Source of the DNA: an uncultured virus (IMG/VR IMGVR_UViG_3300028844_006632)
Lineage: Duplodnaviria; Heunggongvirae; Uroviricota; Caudoviricetes
Direction: 5' to 3' (one strand)
Length of the DNA stretch: 64,000 nucleotides
Virus record (IMG/VR): IMGVR_UViG_3300028844_006632
Part shown: positions 9,290 through 19,298 of the stretch, piece by piece
Layout: the number at the start of each line of letters is the position of its first letter
Position numbering within the stretch: the first letter of the stretch is position 1
Translations under genes and position numbers: made by a program
Notes under the pieces: model-generated
Databases searched by the model: none
What the model saw: the letters and a program-made list of their open reading frames with translations, nothing else
Told to the model about the DNA's origin: nothing

Positions 9290-10601
9290 TAAACCAATGA
9301 CCTTGATTTTTAATCGTTTGAATAACAGTCTGCAATTTTAATGAATGATTATCCTCTGTATTATAATTTACAATCTTTTCAAGTCCGGTATTTACATAAT
9401 CATCGGACATTACATATTCTTCATCTGATAAAATTTTTATTTTTAATTTTTCCGTAAACTTGGAATGAGAATTTAATTTGTTATTGAAAAAACTTACATC
9501 ACGTCGGTCATATTGTAATGTTTGGTTTCCTTCTCCTCTTGGGTGAAATAATGCTAATGTTAATTCAGATGGTCGTACTAAACAAAAATCAGAAGTAAGA
9601 ATAGTTTGAATGTAATTAAAATCTAACAATGACCCTCCATCCTGTTGTACTATAATATCATAATATTTTAATTCTCTAAATAAATCATCTAAACAATTTC
9701 TTAAAAAAATGACTTTCGTATCACAAAACAAAACATTTTTATTTTTTTGTAATTCATCACGTATCATTCTGAATTTACGAAATTTGTAGTCTTCTTCCAA
9801 ATTCTGAATTTTAACATATCCTGAACTTGTTGGTATTTCTATTTTTCTTAAAGACTCAATAAAATTACTTTTAATCATTCTTGATCTTTTGTCATCACCG
9901 ATAGAACTTACGACCCAAGAAATGTTCTTTTTATGCAAATCTACCACCGGATCAATAACACGTTTCCAACGATACTCTGAAACTAATTTGCGATGTGGAA
10001 GTTCGGCACGTGGCAAATCTTCATCGAGTTTTTGAACAACAAAATTTTTTGTTGATGAGAAAGCACGACATCCTATTGAATTTTTTTGGTCTTTTTTATA
10101 TACTTGATCAATTGCCTGCTTTTCTTTTCTAAGTTTTTTCAATACAACATTGAAATATTTTCCGTTAACTGCATATGCGTGTGCTTGGCACATTGTGCAA
10201 TTTATTAAATGTTCATTGTAAACTTTCATTGCATTGTGAGGTACACCCCCTAGATAAAATAATGTCCAGTCTACCTCTTTTAATGAATCAATTGATTTTT
10301 TAATTTCATTTAGATTGGTGTTTAAAAATTCAATATCACTTTCAAAAATAAATAAATTTTTTACACCCTCTTCTTTAGCCTGTCGTATCACTTCATAATG
10401 ACAAAAATCTGCTTTACTCCAAGTATCTACATTTCCAAACTTTTTTTTCAATTTGTTTACATTGACAATTTCATCGTAAAAATTCACTCTATGTGAAATG
10501 TGAATTTTTTTAAATTGAAAATTTACATTTTTTTTTCGTTGCACTTCGGATTTACTGCAAATGCAAACAATTTTATCAAAATAATCAAACGCATTGCTCA
10601 T
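9276..10601 (-). CDS. GT25 domain fused to degenerate GT77-like domain
   Basis: N-terminal FDYFDKIVCI, IFESDI, LFYLGG, AHAYAVN; C-terminal NVLFCDTKVIFLRN, DIIVQQD. Confidence 0.75.
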   Translation of the reverse strand: MSNAFDYFDKIVCICSKSEVQRKKNVNFQFKKIHISHRVNFYDEIVNVNKLKKKFGNVDTWSKADFCHYEVIRQAKEEGVKNLFIFESDIEFLNTNLNEIKKSIDSLKEVDWTLFYLGGVPHNAMKVYNEHLINCTMCQAHAYAVNGKYFNVVLKKLRKEKQAIDQVYKKDQKNSIGCRAFSSTKNFVVQKLDEDLPRAELPHRKLVSEYRWKRVIDPVVDLHKKNISWVVSSIGDDKRSRMIKSNFIESLRKIEIPTSSGYVKIQNLEEDYKFRKFRMIRDELQKNKNVLFCDTKVIFLRNCLDDLFRELKYYDIIVQQDGGSLLDFNYIQTILTSDFCLVRPSELTLALFHPRGEGNQTLQYDRRDVSFFNNKLNSHSKFTEKLKIKILSDEEYVMSDDYVNTGLEKIVNYNTEDNHSLKLQTVIQTIKNQGHWFIEDE

Positions 10602-11266
10602 TGTATATTACTACCCAACTTTTCACTCTGTGATACTATTTCAGGTTTTGCATAATATTTCATAATTTTTCTGTTTCGTGCAAAGTATTTGTCAATATGC
10701 CCCTCACGTCCACATTCAGCATGATTAAATGGGTCGATACTTTTAATTAGATAATCAAAGATATTTGCATTATACGCAAGTGCGGTTGTAAGTTGAATAC
10801 CACGATGTTTTTTTGAAACGCACCTTGATAAATTATCTCCGTGTTTAATTTCCATTTTTCCCCAAACACGATGCAAATGATATCCTAAATAAAAATTATC
10901 CCAATTATGATTTTTCAATTCATCAATTGATTTTTGTAGATTTTCTTTCCAGTTTTGGTGAACCACAAAATCATCTTCAAACACCATAACATTTTTAAGA
11001 TTTTTTTCTTTGGCAATCTTAATGATTATTTTATGACTTTCAGCACACCCAACTGCTCCTTTAAGTGGATATGCGTATTTACCCTTGCCCCACGGAACAG
11101 AACGATTCCACCGTTCATCGTGAGACGGTTTGATTGCAGAAAATCTTTTTACTCTTTCTGAAACTTCTAATATTTCAAATTGTTTACACGAATGTTCCCA
11201 TCTATCCGGTCGTTCGTCCAGATTGATACAATATATTTCATCAAAAAAATCAAATGGATTAGTCAT
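10598..11266 (-). CDS. Glycosyltransferase family 25
   Basis: CINLDERPDRW, GCAESH, MVFEDD, FYLG. Confidence 0.9.
   Translation of the reverse strand: MTNPFDFFDEIYCINLDERPDRWEHSCKQFEILEVSERVKRFSAIKPSHDERWNRSVPWGKGKYAYPLKGAVGCAESHKIIIKIAKEKNLKNVMVFEDDFVVHQNWKENLQKSIDELKNHNWDNFYLGYHLHRVWGKMEIKHGDNLSRCVSKKHRGIQLTTALAYNANIFDYLIKSIDPFNHAECGREGHIDKYFARNRKIMKYYAKPEIVSQSEKLGSNIQ
11220..11257. repeat. 38-nt exact direct repeat, copy 1 (5' end of GT25)
   Basis: agattgatacaatatatttcatcaaaaaaatcaaatgg is identical to 12570-12607. Confidence 0.9.
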
Positions 11267-11897
11267 TTTTTACATTTTCGTAAATAAATTTTGCAACATT
11301 TTCACCAAGTAGTTTTCTTCCGTGTTCTTCAAAATGACAATTGTTTTCAGAACGAGGGTGTTTGTATAAAAGTGGATAATCTTTCTGTGCTTTTACAAAC
11401 CCATATAAATCATTCAATGGTACTTCTAGTTCGTCAGTAATTTTTTTTGCAATTTCATTGAGTATCACCACATCCGCATCTTTTCTCATTCCTGCATTTT
11501 TTGGATTTGGTGTAGTGTTTGAAAATAATGGTTTAACATTATACCCTCTAATGAACTCAATTGCCTCACGCAATTCTCGTTCGTATACCACGAAATCTTC
11601 ATCGGTTGCTCGTTGGTGGTCGGGATTGTGACCCTTATTGGGAAGTTTAATACTATGCAATCCAAAATTAAAATGCACTGTATTTGCTTTTATTTTTCTA
11701 CCACCATAACGTCTTCGTTCAGTAAATGCTCTTCCTAAGAATCTAAGTTGTTTCCACTGACAAGACACCCATCTGTCGGAATCTATTCCTTCTATTTCAT
11801 ATTTTGCAAGTTCTTCCTTAGCATACGGAAAATAATGTCTTGCAATCGAGTCACCAATTACTATTACTTTTTTATCAAATTCCATTTTTATCTCCAT
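11259..11897 (-). CDS. SGNH/GDSL hydrolase (possible glycan acetyl-esterase/transferase)
   Basis: IGDSI block I, HFNFGLH block III, TTP, NCHF block V. Confidence 0.85.
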   Translation of the reverse strand: MEIKMEFDKKVIVIGDSIARHYFPYAKEELAKYEIEGIDSDRWVSCQWKQLRFLGRAFTERRRYGGRKIKANTVHFNFGLHSIKLPNKGHNPDHQRATDEDFVVYERELREAIEFIRGYNVKPLFSNTTPNPKNAGMRKDADVVILNEIAKKITDELEVPLNDLYGFVKAQKDYPLLYKHPRSENNCHFEEHGRKLLGENVAKFIYENVKND

Positions 11898-11912
11898 CTT
11901 TTGTTATTATAT

Positions 11913-11920
11913 TATAAATA
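11913..11920 (-). promoter_or_regulatory. TATTTATA upstream motif
   Basis: Exact motif in 32-nt gap upstream of 11897. Confidence 0.55.
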
Positions 11921-11929
11921 TAAAAAATA

Positions 11930-12616
11930 TTATTTATTATCACTTGGATTCAATCTTAACGCACGATTTGTACGAGTTCTTGATAAATCACTTACAGAGT
12001 TGTATTGAGTCGTAAATGTAGGAACACACGCATAAGTTTTTGGTTTTAATATATTCTGATAGTATCTATCCAAATGACTATCATGTTTTTCCACCAATAC
12101 ATCCCAAATATTATTTTCATAATCATCTACCACTCTTTGAAAAATGCTTGAATTAACAGCAAATGATTGTGCCCATCCAACTTTTCTACATTCCATTATG
12201 TAATCAAATTCAGAATTATAGTCACCACTCCATTTGTTTCTTAAATAATTATATTTTGGACGTGGTTTCATTCTTCTTTCAAGTCCACCAAGGTAAAAGA
12301 ATTCCCAATCGGTTTTATTTAGACTCTCAATTGCTTTATTTAACTTTTTATCATCGTATCTTTTAAGAAATGCAACATCATCTTCAAATATCAATACATT
12401 TTTAAGTTTTCGTTCGTATGCAAGTTTAATGACACTTAGATGACTGTCATAACAACCCTTCTTGGGATTTTCTTTGTTATCAAATGCTTTGAATCGAATT
12501 ACTTTATCAGTTATTCCAATTTTATCAAATTCCGACTTACATTGTTTCCATCTATCTACTCTTCTTTCAAGATTGATACAATATATTTCATCAAAAAAAT
12601 CAAATGGTGATTTCAT
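11930..12616 (-). CDS. Glycosyltransferase family 25
   Basis: CINLERRVDRW, GCYDSH, LIFEDD, FFYLGG. Confidence 0.9.
   Translation of the reverse strand: MKSPFDFFDEIYCINLERRVDRWKQCKSEFDKIGITDKVIRFKAFDNKENPKKGCYDSHLSVIKLAYERKLKNVLIFEDDVAFLKRYDDKKLNKAIESLNKTDWEFFYLGGLERRMKPRPKYNYLRNKWSGDYNSEFDYIMECRKVGWAQSFAVNSSIFQRVVDDYENNIWDVLVEKHDSHLDRYYQNILKPKTYACVPTFTTQYNSVSDLSRTRTNRALRLNPSDNK
12570..12607. repeat. 38-nt exact direct repeat, copy 2 (5' end of GT25)
   Basis: Identical to 11220-11257. Confidence 0.9.
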
Positions 12617-12617
12617 A

Positions 12618-13340
12618 TCAATCAGACTCCCTTTTTAGTTTAAATTGGTTAAGTGCATTCATCCAAGATGTGTACTCATCAACAATATGTGGTGTATAAT
12701 TTCCGTGTGCAACTACATTTTCAAAAAAGAGATTTTGAGAACGAGATTTTTTTATTTCAGTTCCTCTCTGAGTTACAACGAGCAAATCAGCGTCACAATA
12801 ATTATTCAATTGTTTTAATACTTCGTAAAAAACATCAAGTTTCTTAGTTCTTCTTGATATATTGCACACAAACAATATTTTCTCGTTGGATGATTTTAAC
12901 ATTTTAAATTTTTCGATCAAATAAACATACTTTGAGATTCTGTTTTCAAAAATTGATAAAAAGTAATCAGTAACACCATTTTCAAGTCTTGAATGATATG
13001 GAAATTTTGCAATTCTTTTATCAAAATGCTCAAATTTTATATCGTAAAAATGATTTGTAATGCTACAACTATTTCTTCCTTTCTTTGTAATAGAAAAATT
13101 TTCAAAACTTGAAAATCCTTCAAAATCCATTTCCAAGCACTTTAATAAAGATTCCGGTGGAGTTATTAACCAATCAAATACATTCGATCCAGGAAGATAC
13201 TTATCCGAAGTAAACAAATTTTTATCATAAAAAAGTTCGACATCTTCAGTTTTATCATTGAAATATTTGCAACGAATCATAGTTGATGTTATACATGATA
13301 TACCCACACTTATCATTCTATCATATACACACTTGGACAT
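12618..13340 (-). CDS. DUF1796 family protein
   Basis: ISVGISC...SNVFDWL, IKFEH, KY...ILFV. Confidence 0.7.
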   Translation of the reverse strand: MSKCVYDRMISVGISCITSTMIRCKYFNDKTEDVELFYDKNLFTSDKYLPGSNVFDWLITPPESLLKCLEMDFEGFSSFENFSITKKGRNSCSITNHFYDIKFEHFDKRIAKFPYHSRLENGVTDYFLSIFENRISKYVYLIEKFKMLKSSNEKILFVCNISRRTKKLDVFYEVLKQLNNYCDADLLVVTQRGTEIKKSRSQNLFFENVVAHGNYTPHIVDEYTSWMNALNQFKLKRESD

Positions 13341-14074
13341 TACCAGTTTCTCCCACCCATTATTTTCAAGTCCTCAATTGATCCAAAATCAATATCCTGG
13401 TTGACTACATATCTTTTATTATTCATATTGTCATCAGAACGACCTCTATTTGTTAAATTTGATCTTTTTGGACGATAAAAAGTAGATTCGTGTTCAATGA
13501 AATTTGCATCGTGTTTTTCAAACTTAACATCCATTAAGTTAAGATGCTTACGAATTCGTTTTGCAAAATCTCGTTCTTCCCACCCCCAACCTTGAAAGGT
13601 TTCGTCATAACCACGAACTTCCATAAAATATTTTTTCATTATTGCAATTCTTCCCCAGTTTGGTTTTCCTTCACGTTTCTTTGTGACACGTACAATATTA
13701 TTTAATATCATGTTTTCATTTTCATTAAACTTTTCATTTAGATATTCAGCATAATTTTCTGAAATAAAGTTATCTCCATCAACCCAACATACAATTTCAC
13801 CGGATGCGTTTTTTGCAGTTACGTTTTTTGTTCTTGCCATTTCAAAGTGTGGTGCTTGTTTGGTGTGAAGATATTTTACAACACCATCATTTATATACTC
13901 ACTTAAATTTTGTTGAACCCAATCATTCATTCCGTCTTGTGAATTCCAATTCAATAATACAAATTCAACATCTTCATAATCAATATTATTTTTCAAATTT
14001 GAAAGAAATGTTTCTTTTATATGATGAAGTCTTCCAGTACAAGAAGTGCAAAATGATATTTTATATTTTTTCAT
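13340..14074 (-). CDS. GT2 glycosyltransferase with GT7-C-like motif
   Basis: ISFCTSC.GRLHH, KNVTAKNASGEIVCWVDGD, GYDETFQGWGWEERDF; start 14074 by ATGA overlap. Confidence 0.88.
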   Translation of the reverse strand: MKKYKISFCTSCTGRLHHIKETFLSNLKNNIDYEDVEFVLLNWNSQDGMNDWVQQNLSEYINDGVVKYLHTKQAPHFEMARTKNVTAKNASGEIVCWVDGDNFISENYAEYLNEKFNENENMILNNIVRVTKKREGKPNWGRIAIMKKYFMEVRGYDETFQGWGWEERDFAKRIRKHLNLMDVKFEKHDANFIEHESTFYRPKRSNLTNRGRSDDNMNNKRYVVNQDIDFGSIEDLKIMGGRNW

Positions 14075-14607
14075 ATTTTGCACCCAAGTTCTTTTTTCCA
14101 ATAATCATAACACTTATTTTGTTGTATACCAGAATACCGATGTTTTAAATAAAACTTGCAAGCAGGATATACCCATTTAAGGGTATCCAACAACTCCACG
14201 GTATCATTGTCATTATCGTCCATCATCTGTCGTATAAATACTGCTGATGATGTATTTTGAATTGTTTTAGTAAAGTCTAAAGCAAGTTTTTCGTACTTTC
14301 TTTTTGCTCCAACATATATAGTGCTTAGTTTCTTTCCGATTGGTAATACATCATAAAATAATGTTCCGTTTCGTTCGTCTTTTACAATCGTATACGCAGT
14401 TCCATTTATTACATTTACCACTCCACCATATACTTTTATTTGATTTTCATTCGGAAAAAAATTATTAAAATTACTTTTTAGATTTGTTATTAATGTTTCA
14501 AAAGAATATTCACCCACATTATCAAGCAACATTGAATTTGTATTTAAGGCACACTCCTTTAATACAGACGATACAACTGGTTGTGATCCTAAACTGCAAT
14601 AAATCAC
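14071..14607 (-). CDS. Degenerate DUF1796-like protein lacking the conserved Cys/His
   Basis: CSLGSQPVVSSVLKECAL...SMLLD...FNNFF...KYEKL...AVFIR follows the DUF1796 layout; GTG start at 14607 (GTGA overlap, AGGAGAGG upstream). Confidence 0.55.
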   Translation of the reverse strand: MIYCSLGSQPVVSSVLKECALNTNSMLLDNVGEYSFETLITNLKSNFNNFFPNENQIKVYGGVVNVINGTAYTIVKDERNGTLFYDVLPIGKKLSTIYVGAKRKYEKLALDFTKTIQNTSSAVFIRQMMDDNDNDTVELLDTLKWVYPACKFYLKHRYSGIQQNKCYDYWKKELGCKI

Positions 14608-15794
14608 AATTCCTCTCCTTTGATAAATTTTATCAGACCACATTTGAAATTATGGTAGTAAAAGTAGTTATCAGGATTATACAAAATATCATCTGAGTGA
14701 ATTGTTATTTCACTATCACTCATATCAAACTGAGAGTTGCTAAATACACCCTTATATGATTTATCTACAACTAATTTAAAATCATCACTCTTCGTTTCAT
14801 TATATAATGATCTAACAAAATCTCCAACTATACAGATTTTATTTGTATTTATTTTATGGTTCAGACAAAATGTTTTCAACTCATCAAATTTCTTATTAAT
14901 TATTTTTTTACTCAAATCAACACTAATTAAAAAATCAATCGTATTTTTATTAAGTAATTGAAGTATATTAACTGCTTGGTCACTTATGTGATATAAATTT
15001 ATATCATTATCACTTTTTACATTATCACACCTCTCAACCAACTCGGTTGCTATGTTCCCACGTAAGAATACAATTTTAAAATTGGAATAATTTTCAATTG
15101 AATTTTGTGTTTCTTTGAATAATAACTTTTTAACATTATTTGCAAATGAACCACCATCGGTAGATTCAAAATTAATATCGTGTTCATATAAAATATCATC
15201 TTTGTACAACGATGATAGTTCATTCGAAATTGTGAAATTTGTTTTATTTGATTGGAATATTAAGCAACTAAAGTTCTTAAAATATTTTCTAAAAAACATT
15301 TCCATTGTAAAATTACAATAAACATCACGCATTCCAGGACCCTTTACACCGTTTCTAAAAAATTCAATATTAGCAGGATAATACCACCTTGAATGTTTTT
15401 CAATTGGTTTATTATGAAATTCCACATTAAGTGGTAATTTCAAACCGTAACACGCAGACGCACGATGCATTCCATCTGATACCCAGTGTTCTTTTTTATC
15501 ACCCAAATAAACAGGTACTGCATTTGAGTTTGTTCCGAATTCTTTTACTGAATCGATCAACCGATTAAAACTTTCAAGAAATGCAAATCTTCCTCTTTTT
15601 TGCTTTGGATTTTCCCAACCGTGATTCCAATCTTTTTCTCTTAATCTATTAAATGATCTTTTATTTGATATGTAAAGTCGTTTAAAAAAATCAGTCTTGT
15701 ATTGTCTGTCATATGCTTTTACATATTCAATCCCTATTATTATATCAATTCTGTTTTCCGATATAATAAAATTACTATCGTGATTTTCTCCCAA
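14604..15794 (-). CDS. Hypothetical protein with ParB/Srx-like N-terminal motif
   Basis: 396-aa ORF; LIDSVKEFG...VPV...DGMHRASA resembles the ParB/Srx DGxHR motif; TTG start uncertain. Confidence 0.55.
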   Translation of the reverse strand: MGENHDSNFIISENRIDIIIGIEYVKAYDRQYKTDFFKRLYISNKRSFNRLREKDWNHGWENPKQKRGRFAFLESFNRLIDSVKEFGTNSNAVPVYLGDKKEHWVSDGMHRASACYGLKLPLNVEFHNKPIEKHSRWYYPANIEFFRNGVKGPGMRDVYCNFTMEMFFRKYFKNFSCLIFQSNKTNFTISNELSSLYKDDILYEHDINFESTDGGSFANNVKKLLFKETQNSIENYSNFKIVFLRGNIATELVERCDNVKSDNDINLYHISDQAVNILQLLNKNTIDFLISVDLSKKIINKKFDELKTFCLNHKINTNKICIVGDFVRSLYNETKSDDFKLVVDKSYKGVFSNSQFDMSDSEITIHSDDILYNPDNYFYYHNFKCGLIKFIKGEEL

Positions 15795-15796
15795 AA

Positions 15797-16471
15797 TTAA
15801 TTCTCTCCATACTTGTAACCAAGAACTTCAATATCATTTTTATAGAACTTTCTCACAATTTCAATACACTCTTCATCATAAAAGTCTGTGTAGTGTGGTC
15901 GATTCTTTGCATTGTGTTTATGTGGTAAAACAATGTCTTTATCAATTCCAAGTTTTTCGCATAAAATTTCAAGGTCTTCTCGTAGGTTTTCATACCGACC
16001 AATCCAATCTACCAAAATCTTTTTTTCTTTTTCATCATAGATTTCATTGAATGCGTGTGTAAGAACAACTGCTTTATCACGATGACCAAGAACCGGCACT
16101 CCACGAATAACTTTGCGTGGGTTTTCTAACCAGTTTAACCAACCTTCCCATCTCCATTTTGTCCATTCCTTAAAATCACGTTTTGATACATCACGTTCAC
16201 CTTTAGCATATCTCCATTGATACTGAGATACCAAACGATCCCAAGGATTTCTAACAAACGAAAAAGTTAAATACTCGTTCCAAGTATCCATTCCAAACAT
16301 TTTTTGTGCTTGTTCCACCGTGAAGTGAATTTTCTTGGATTCTTTTGCATCTCGTTTTGAGTGCTCAAATCGTTCTCCTTCTTTTTTTCTTTGTGTTATT
16401 GCAGTTGCTAGACTACTTCCCGCAGTTCGTGGGATGTGAATAAATATACATTTTAAATCGTGGTCAATCAT
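15797..16471 (-). CDS. Sulfotransferase family 2
   Basis: FIHIPRTAGSS, FVRNPWDRLVS, GRYENL. Confidence 0.9.
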   Translation of the reverse strand: MIDHDLKCIFIHIPRTAGSSLATAITQRKKEGERFEHSKRDAKESKKIHFTVEQAQKMFGMDTWNEYLTFSFVRNPWDRLVSQYQWRYAKGERDVSKRDFKEWTKWRWEGWLNWLENPRKVIRGVPVLGHRDKAVVLTHAFNEIYDEKEKKILVDWIGRYENLREDLEILCEKLGIDKDIVLPHKHNAKNRPHYTDFYDEECIEIVRKFYKNDIEVLGYKYGEN

Positions 16472-16482
16472 AGTTTTTTCCT

Positions 16483-18237
16483 TTACTCAAATAAATTTTT
16501 AGATTTAAGTTTATTATAACTTGACTTATAAAAGTCAGATAAACTTGCGTCAATTTCTACTTTATCTGCCGAAGGATTTTTGTATTTTGTCAATTCACGA
16601 ATAACTGATTCTGCTATGTGAAGTGCTAATCCTAGATTATCTTCAGATTCATCAAGTGCGATAAATTTATAGTTCTCAGAATTTATATAAACGCAAAAAT
16701 TTCCCTCGGTTTCAAACGATGACATTATTTTTTCTTTTCCTGCACCGAATGGTCTAATGTCGTATTTAACTCCACGTGTATTGTGTATTTTTCTTTCTAC
16801 ACCATCTTCATCTTCTGTCAAAATTCCATTGTCTGTTTCTTTTAAATTACTTGGAATTTGGTTTGGATCTTCTTTATATTTTTCAAGCAAAGATTTTCTT
16901 AGTGATCTTATTTTTCTTCGTCTTCTTCTAACATTTTTGGTTTTATTATCTATTTCTGCTTTAATAAGATCTCCGATTATGTCTTCTGCAACTTTTACTT
17001 TTTTCATTCGTGCTTCTGCGGTTTCAACTTCGTCCGTCTTAATACCAAAGTCCACTAATAAATTAGAATCAATATCAATTTCTTCTGTAATTAGTTTTAC
17101 TACATTATTAGCAAGTGTACCAAGACGATTTTTGTCCTGACGTACATTTAATAATAAATACCCACGTAATAAATCAATGATTGTTTTATACACCAAATTG
17201 TAGAATGGTTTTGTCACAGGATGGTCTTCACGCAAAGCATGGTGCGATAAATCTTTTGCTGGCATTCCTGTGTGATCAAGAATTTCACTTAATTCATTGC
17301 ATACTATAAAACCTCTCAATTTTCTGAACAAATTTCTTACAGATTTTTGTGGAACTACATTTTTTCCAAGTTCTTCTGAAATTTCTTCATAGATTTTTTT
17401 TATGAGTTCTTCATTATTCAAAGACAGACTACAAATTTTAACGTCAGATACAATAATTACAGAATCAAGTGGACATATACCGATTTCATATTCGTTTTGC
17501 ATTAAACTTAAATTAAATTTTACGTTTCCTATTTTATTTGTATTTTCGTGTTCAAATGTAAACTCTTTATTCATTTCAGAAAACAAGTATCCAGGTAATG
17601 TATAATCAAACTCCAAAGATTCTCCATTTAATTTAACATTAAATTCATTATTTCCACTTCTAACAAGATGACCAAAGAAATCTTGAAGTTCTTGTTTTAT
17701 TTTCTTGAAATTCCATCCATTTTTTAAAATCGGTTTATCTAAGTTATGTATTGTTACGATAGTTCCATGTTCTGTGGTAATATTAGTATCGGTAATCTCT
17801 GATATACTTGGAGCATAATCATCCAAGAACTCAGTTTTACCTGGTTGATAAGTTACTAAAAAAGATTTTTGTTTACTATTTTTTGTTTCAATTGTCCATA
17901 GAGTGTTGTCCGAGTCGGATAGTTTGTCGTTTGATACTTTACCACCGATTCCCATGTGTCCGAGTGTTGGTCCTGCACCGTTGCTCATATCATAAGAGTT
18001 TCCAAATACAAAATATTTGTCAAATCCTGTCATTCCGTTAGCATCGGTCTCATGGTCAAATCCAATACCATCATCTGTGATAATAGCAGTGTCTGCGTTT
18101 AATTGAATATCTACAAATGATGCTCCACTTTGCATACTATTTTTTACTAGTTCTGTGAATGCTTGTTCGTATGTAACCGTTGATTGAAGAATATTACTAA
18201 TTCTTGCACCGGTTTTTATTTTTATTGATTCTTCCAT
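16483..18237 (-). CDS. GHKL (Hsp90/MORC-like) ATPase
   Basis: Bergerat motifs ELVKNS, DDGIG, GHMGIGGK, HGTIV; GGGAGA SD upstream. Confidence 0.88.
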   Translation of the reverse strand: MEESIKIKTGARISNILQSTVTYEQAFTELVKNSMQSGASFVDIQLNADTAIITDDGIGFDHETDANGMTGFDKYFVFGNSYDMSNGAGPTLGHMGIGGKVSNDKLSDSDNTLWTIETKNSKQKSFLVTYQPGKTEFLDDYAPSISEITDTNITTEHGTIVTIHNLDKPILKNGWNFKKIKQELQDFFGHLVRSGNNEFNVKLNGESLEFDYTLPGYLFSEMNKEFTFEHENTNKIGNVKFNLSLMQNEYEIGICPLDSVIIVSDVKICSLSLNNEELIKKIYEEISEELGKNVVPQKSVRNLFRKLRGFIVCNELSEILDHTGMPAKDLSHHALREDHPVTKPFYNLVYKTIIDLLRGYLLLNVRQDKNRLGTLANNVVKLITEEIDIDSNLLVDFGIKTDEVETAEARMKKVKVAEDIIGDLIKAEIDNKTKNVRRRRRKIRSLRKSLLEKYKEDPNQIPSNLKETDNGILTEDEDGVERKIHNTRGVKYDIRPFGAGKEKIMSSFETEGNFCVYINSENYKFIALDESEDNLGLALHIAESVIRELTKYKNPSADKVEIDASLSDFYKSSYNKLKSKNLFE

Positions 18238-18267
18238 ATATCTCCCTGTTTTTAAAAGTTTCTTTTT

Positions 18268-18275
18268 TATAAATA
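18268..18275 (-). promoter_or_regulatory. TATTTATA upstream motif
   Basis: Exact motif in gap upstream of GHKL gene. Confidence 0.55.
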
Positions 18276-18298
18276 TAATATAATATAATATTTACAAA

Positions 18299-19279
18299 TT
18301 ATTCTTTGTTTCGTGCTTCTCGTTTTTTTCTTGCTCTGCGCCCTTCACCTCTTGGTTTTCTACGACCTCGTCTTGCACGTTTTTCCGCACGATATGCCTC
18401 GGTAAGTGGACCAGGACCCATTTCTACAATTTTATCGGGTTTACTCATACCCTCGGGTATATCACCCAACCACATATCGTGACGAAGCATATTCCATACC
18501 TTGCGTTGATGATAATCAAAGTTTTGAAGATTGTTAGCGTGCATTTCATCAATGTTACTCCAACCAACCGTACAATTAAAGTGTACAATAAAAGCATCAT
18601 TTTCTGCTCTTTCACGACCACGATTCTTGATGTTTCGTTCCCAATGAACTCCTTGTGGGTATCCGTCTGCACTTAATTGCACATAACTAATATCATCAGG
18701 TTCAATTGCACGATGCAAACGAAGATTAAGAAGCATCATATCTTCTTTAAATTTACGTTGCTTGATTTCTCCGTCTTCGTTTGTTTCAATGTATCCTCGT
18801 TTAAAGTCTTCTCGGTCTATATTAAATAGATGAATTGTTTTAGGATTACTTTTGGCATAAAAGAATCCAGGACAAATACTTTCACCACCTGCAACTTGAA
18901 TTGCAGTATCATATCCACCTTCTTCACATAATTTTTCAAGGTCTTCCAACGGATTCTTCAAAAAGCAGATGTCAGTATCTGCATAAAGAACATTGTAACC
19001 TTGTGATAATAGTTGATGTGTTGCTTCCATTTTATTCCACATCAAAGCATCCCAACCTTTACTATGAAACTCTGATGTTGATTCTATATGAAACAACTCA
19101 CTATTCCATCGTTTTGCTTCTATGTCTTTTTCTTGCGACATTCTTTCGTATGAAGCATCGTCCAAGCAATACACAATAGACATAGATTGCATATTTAATT
19201 TTCTAATATATTTTAACCAATTTACAGCGAAGTCTAAATATCCTTCGTTAACATAAGATAACAACTTTGTTTCTGCCAC
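18299..19279 (-). CDS. Nucleotide-diphospho-sugar transferase (GT77-like) with Arg-rich tail
   Basis: FAVNW, NVLYADTDICFLKNPL, CPGFFY, VHFNC; GTG start with AAAGGAGA SD. Confidence 0.88.
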   Translation of the reverse strand: MAETKLLSYVNEGYLDFAVNWLKYIRKLNMQSMSIVYCLDDASYERMSQEKDIEAKRWNSELFHIESTSEFHSKGWDALMWNKMEATHQLLSQGYNVLYADTDICFLKNPLEDLEKLCEEGGYDTAIQVAGGESICPGFFYAKSNPKTIHLFNIDREDFKRGYIETNEDGEIKQRKFKEDMMLLNLRLHRAIEPDDISYVQLSADGYPQGVHWERNIKNRGRERAENDAFIVHFNCTVGWSNIDEMHANNLQNFDYHQRKVWNMLRHDMWLGDIPEGMSKPDKIVEMGPGPLTEAYRAEKRARRGRRKPRGEGRRARKKREARNKE

Positions 19280-19298
19280 ACCAATCTCCTTTTATTTA

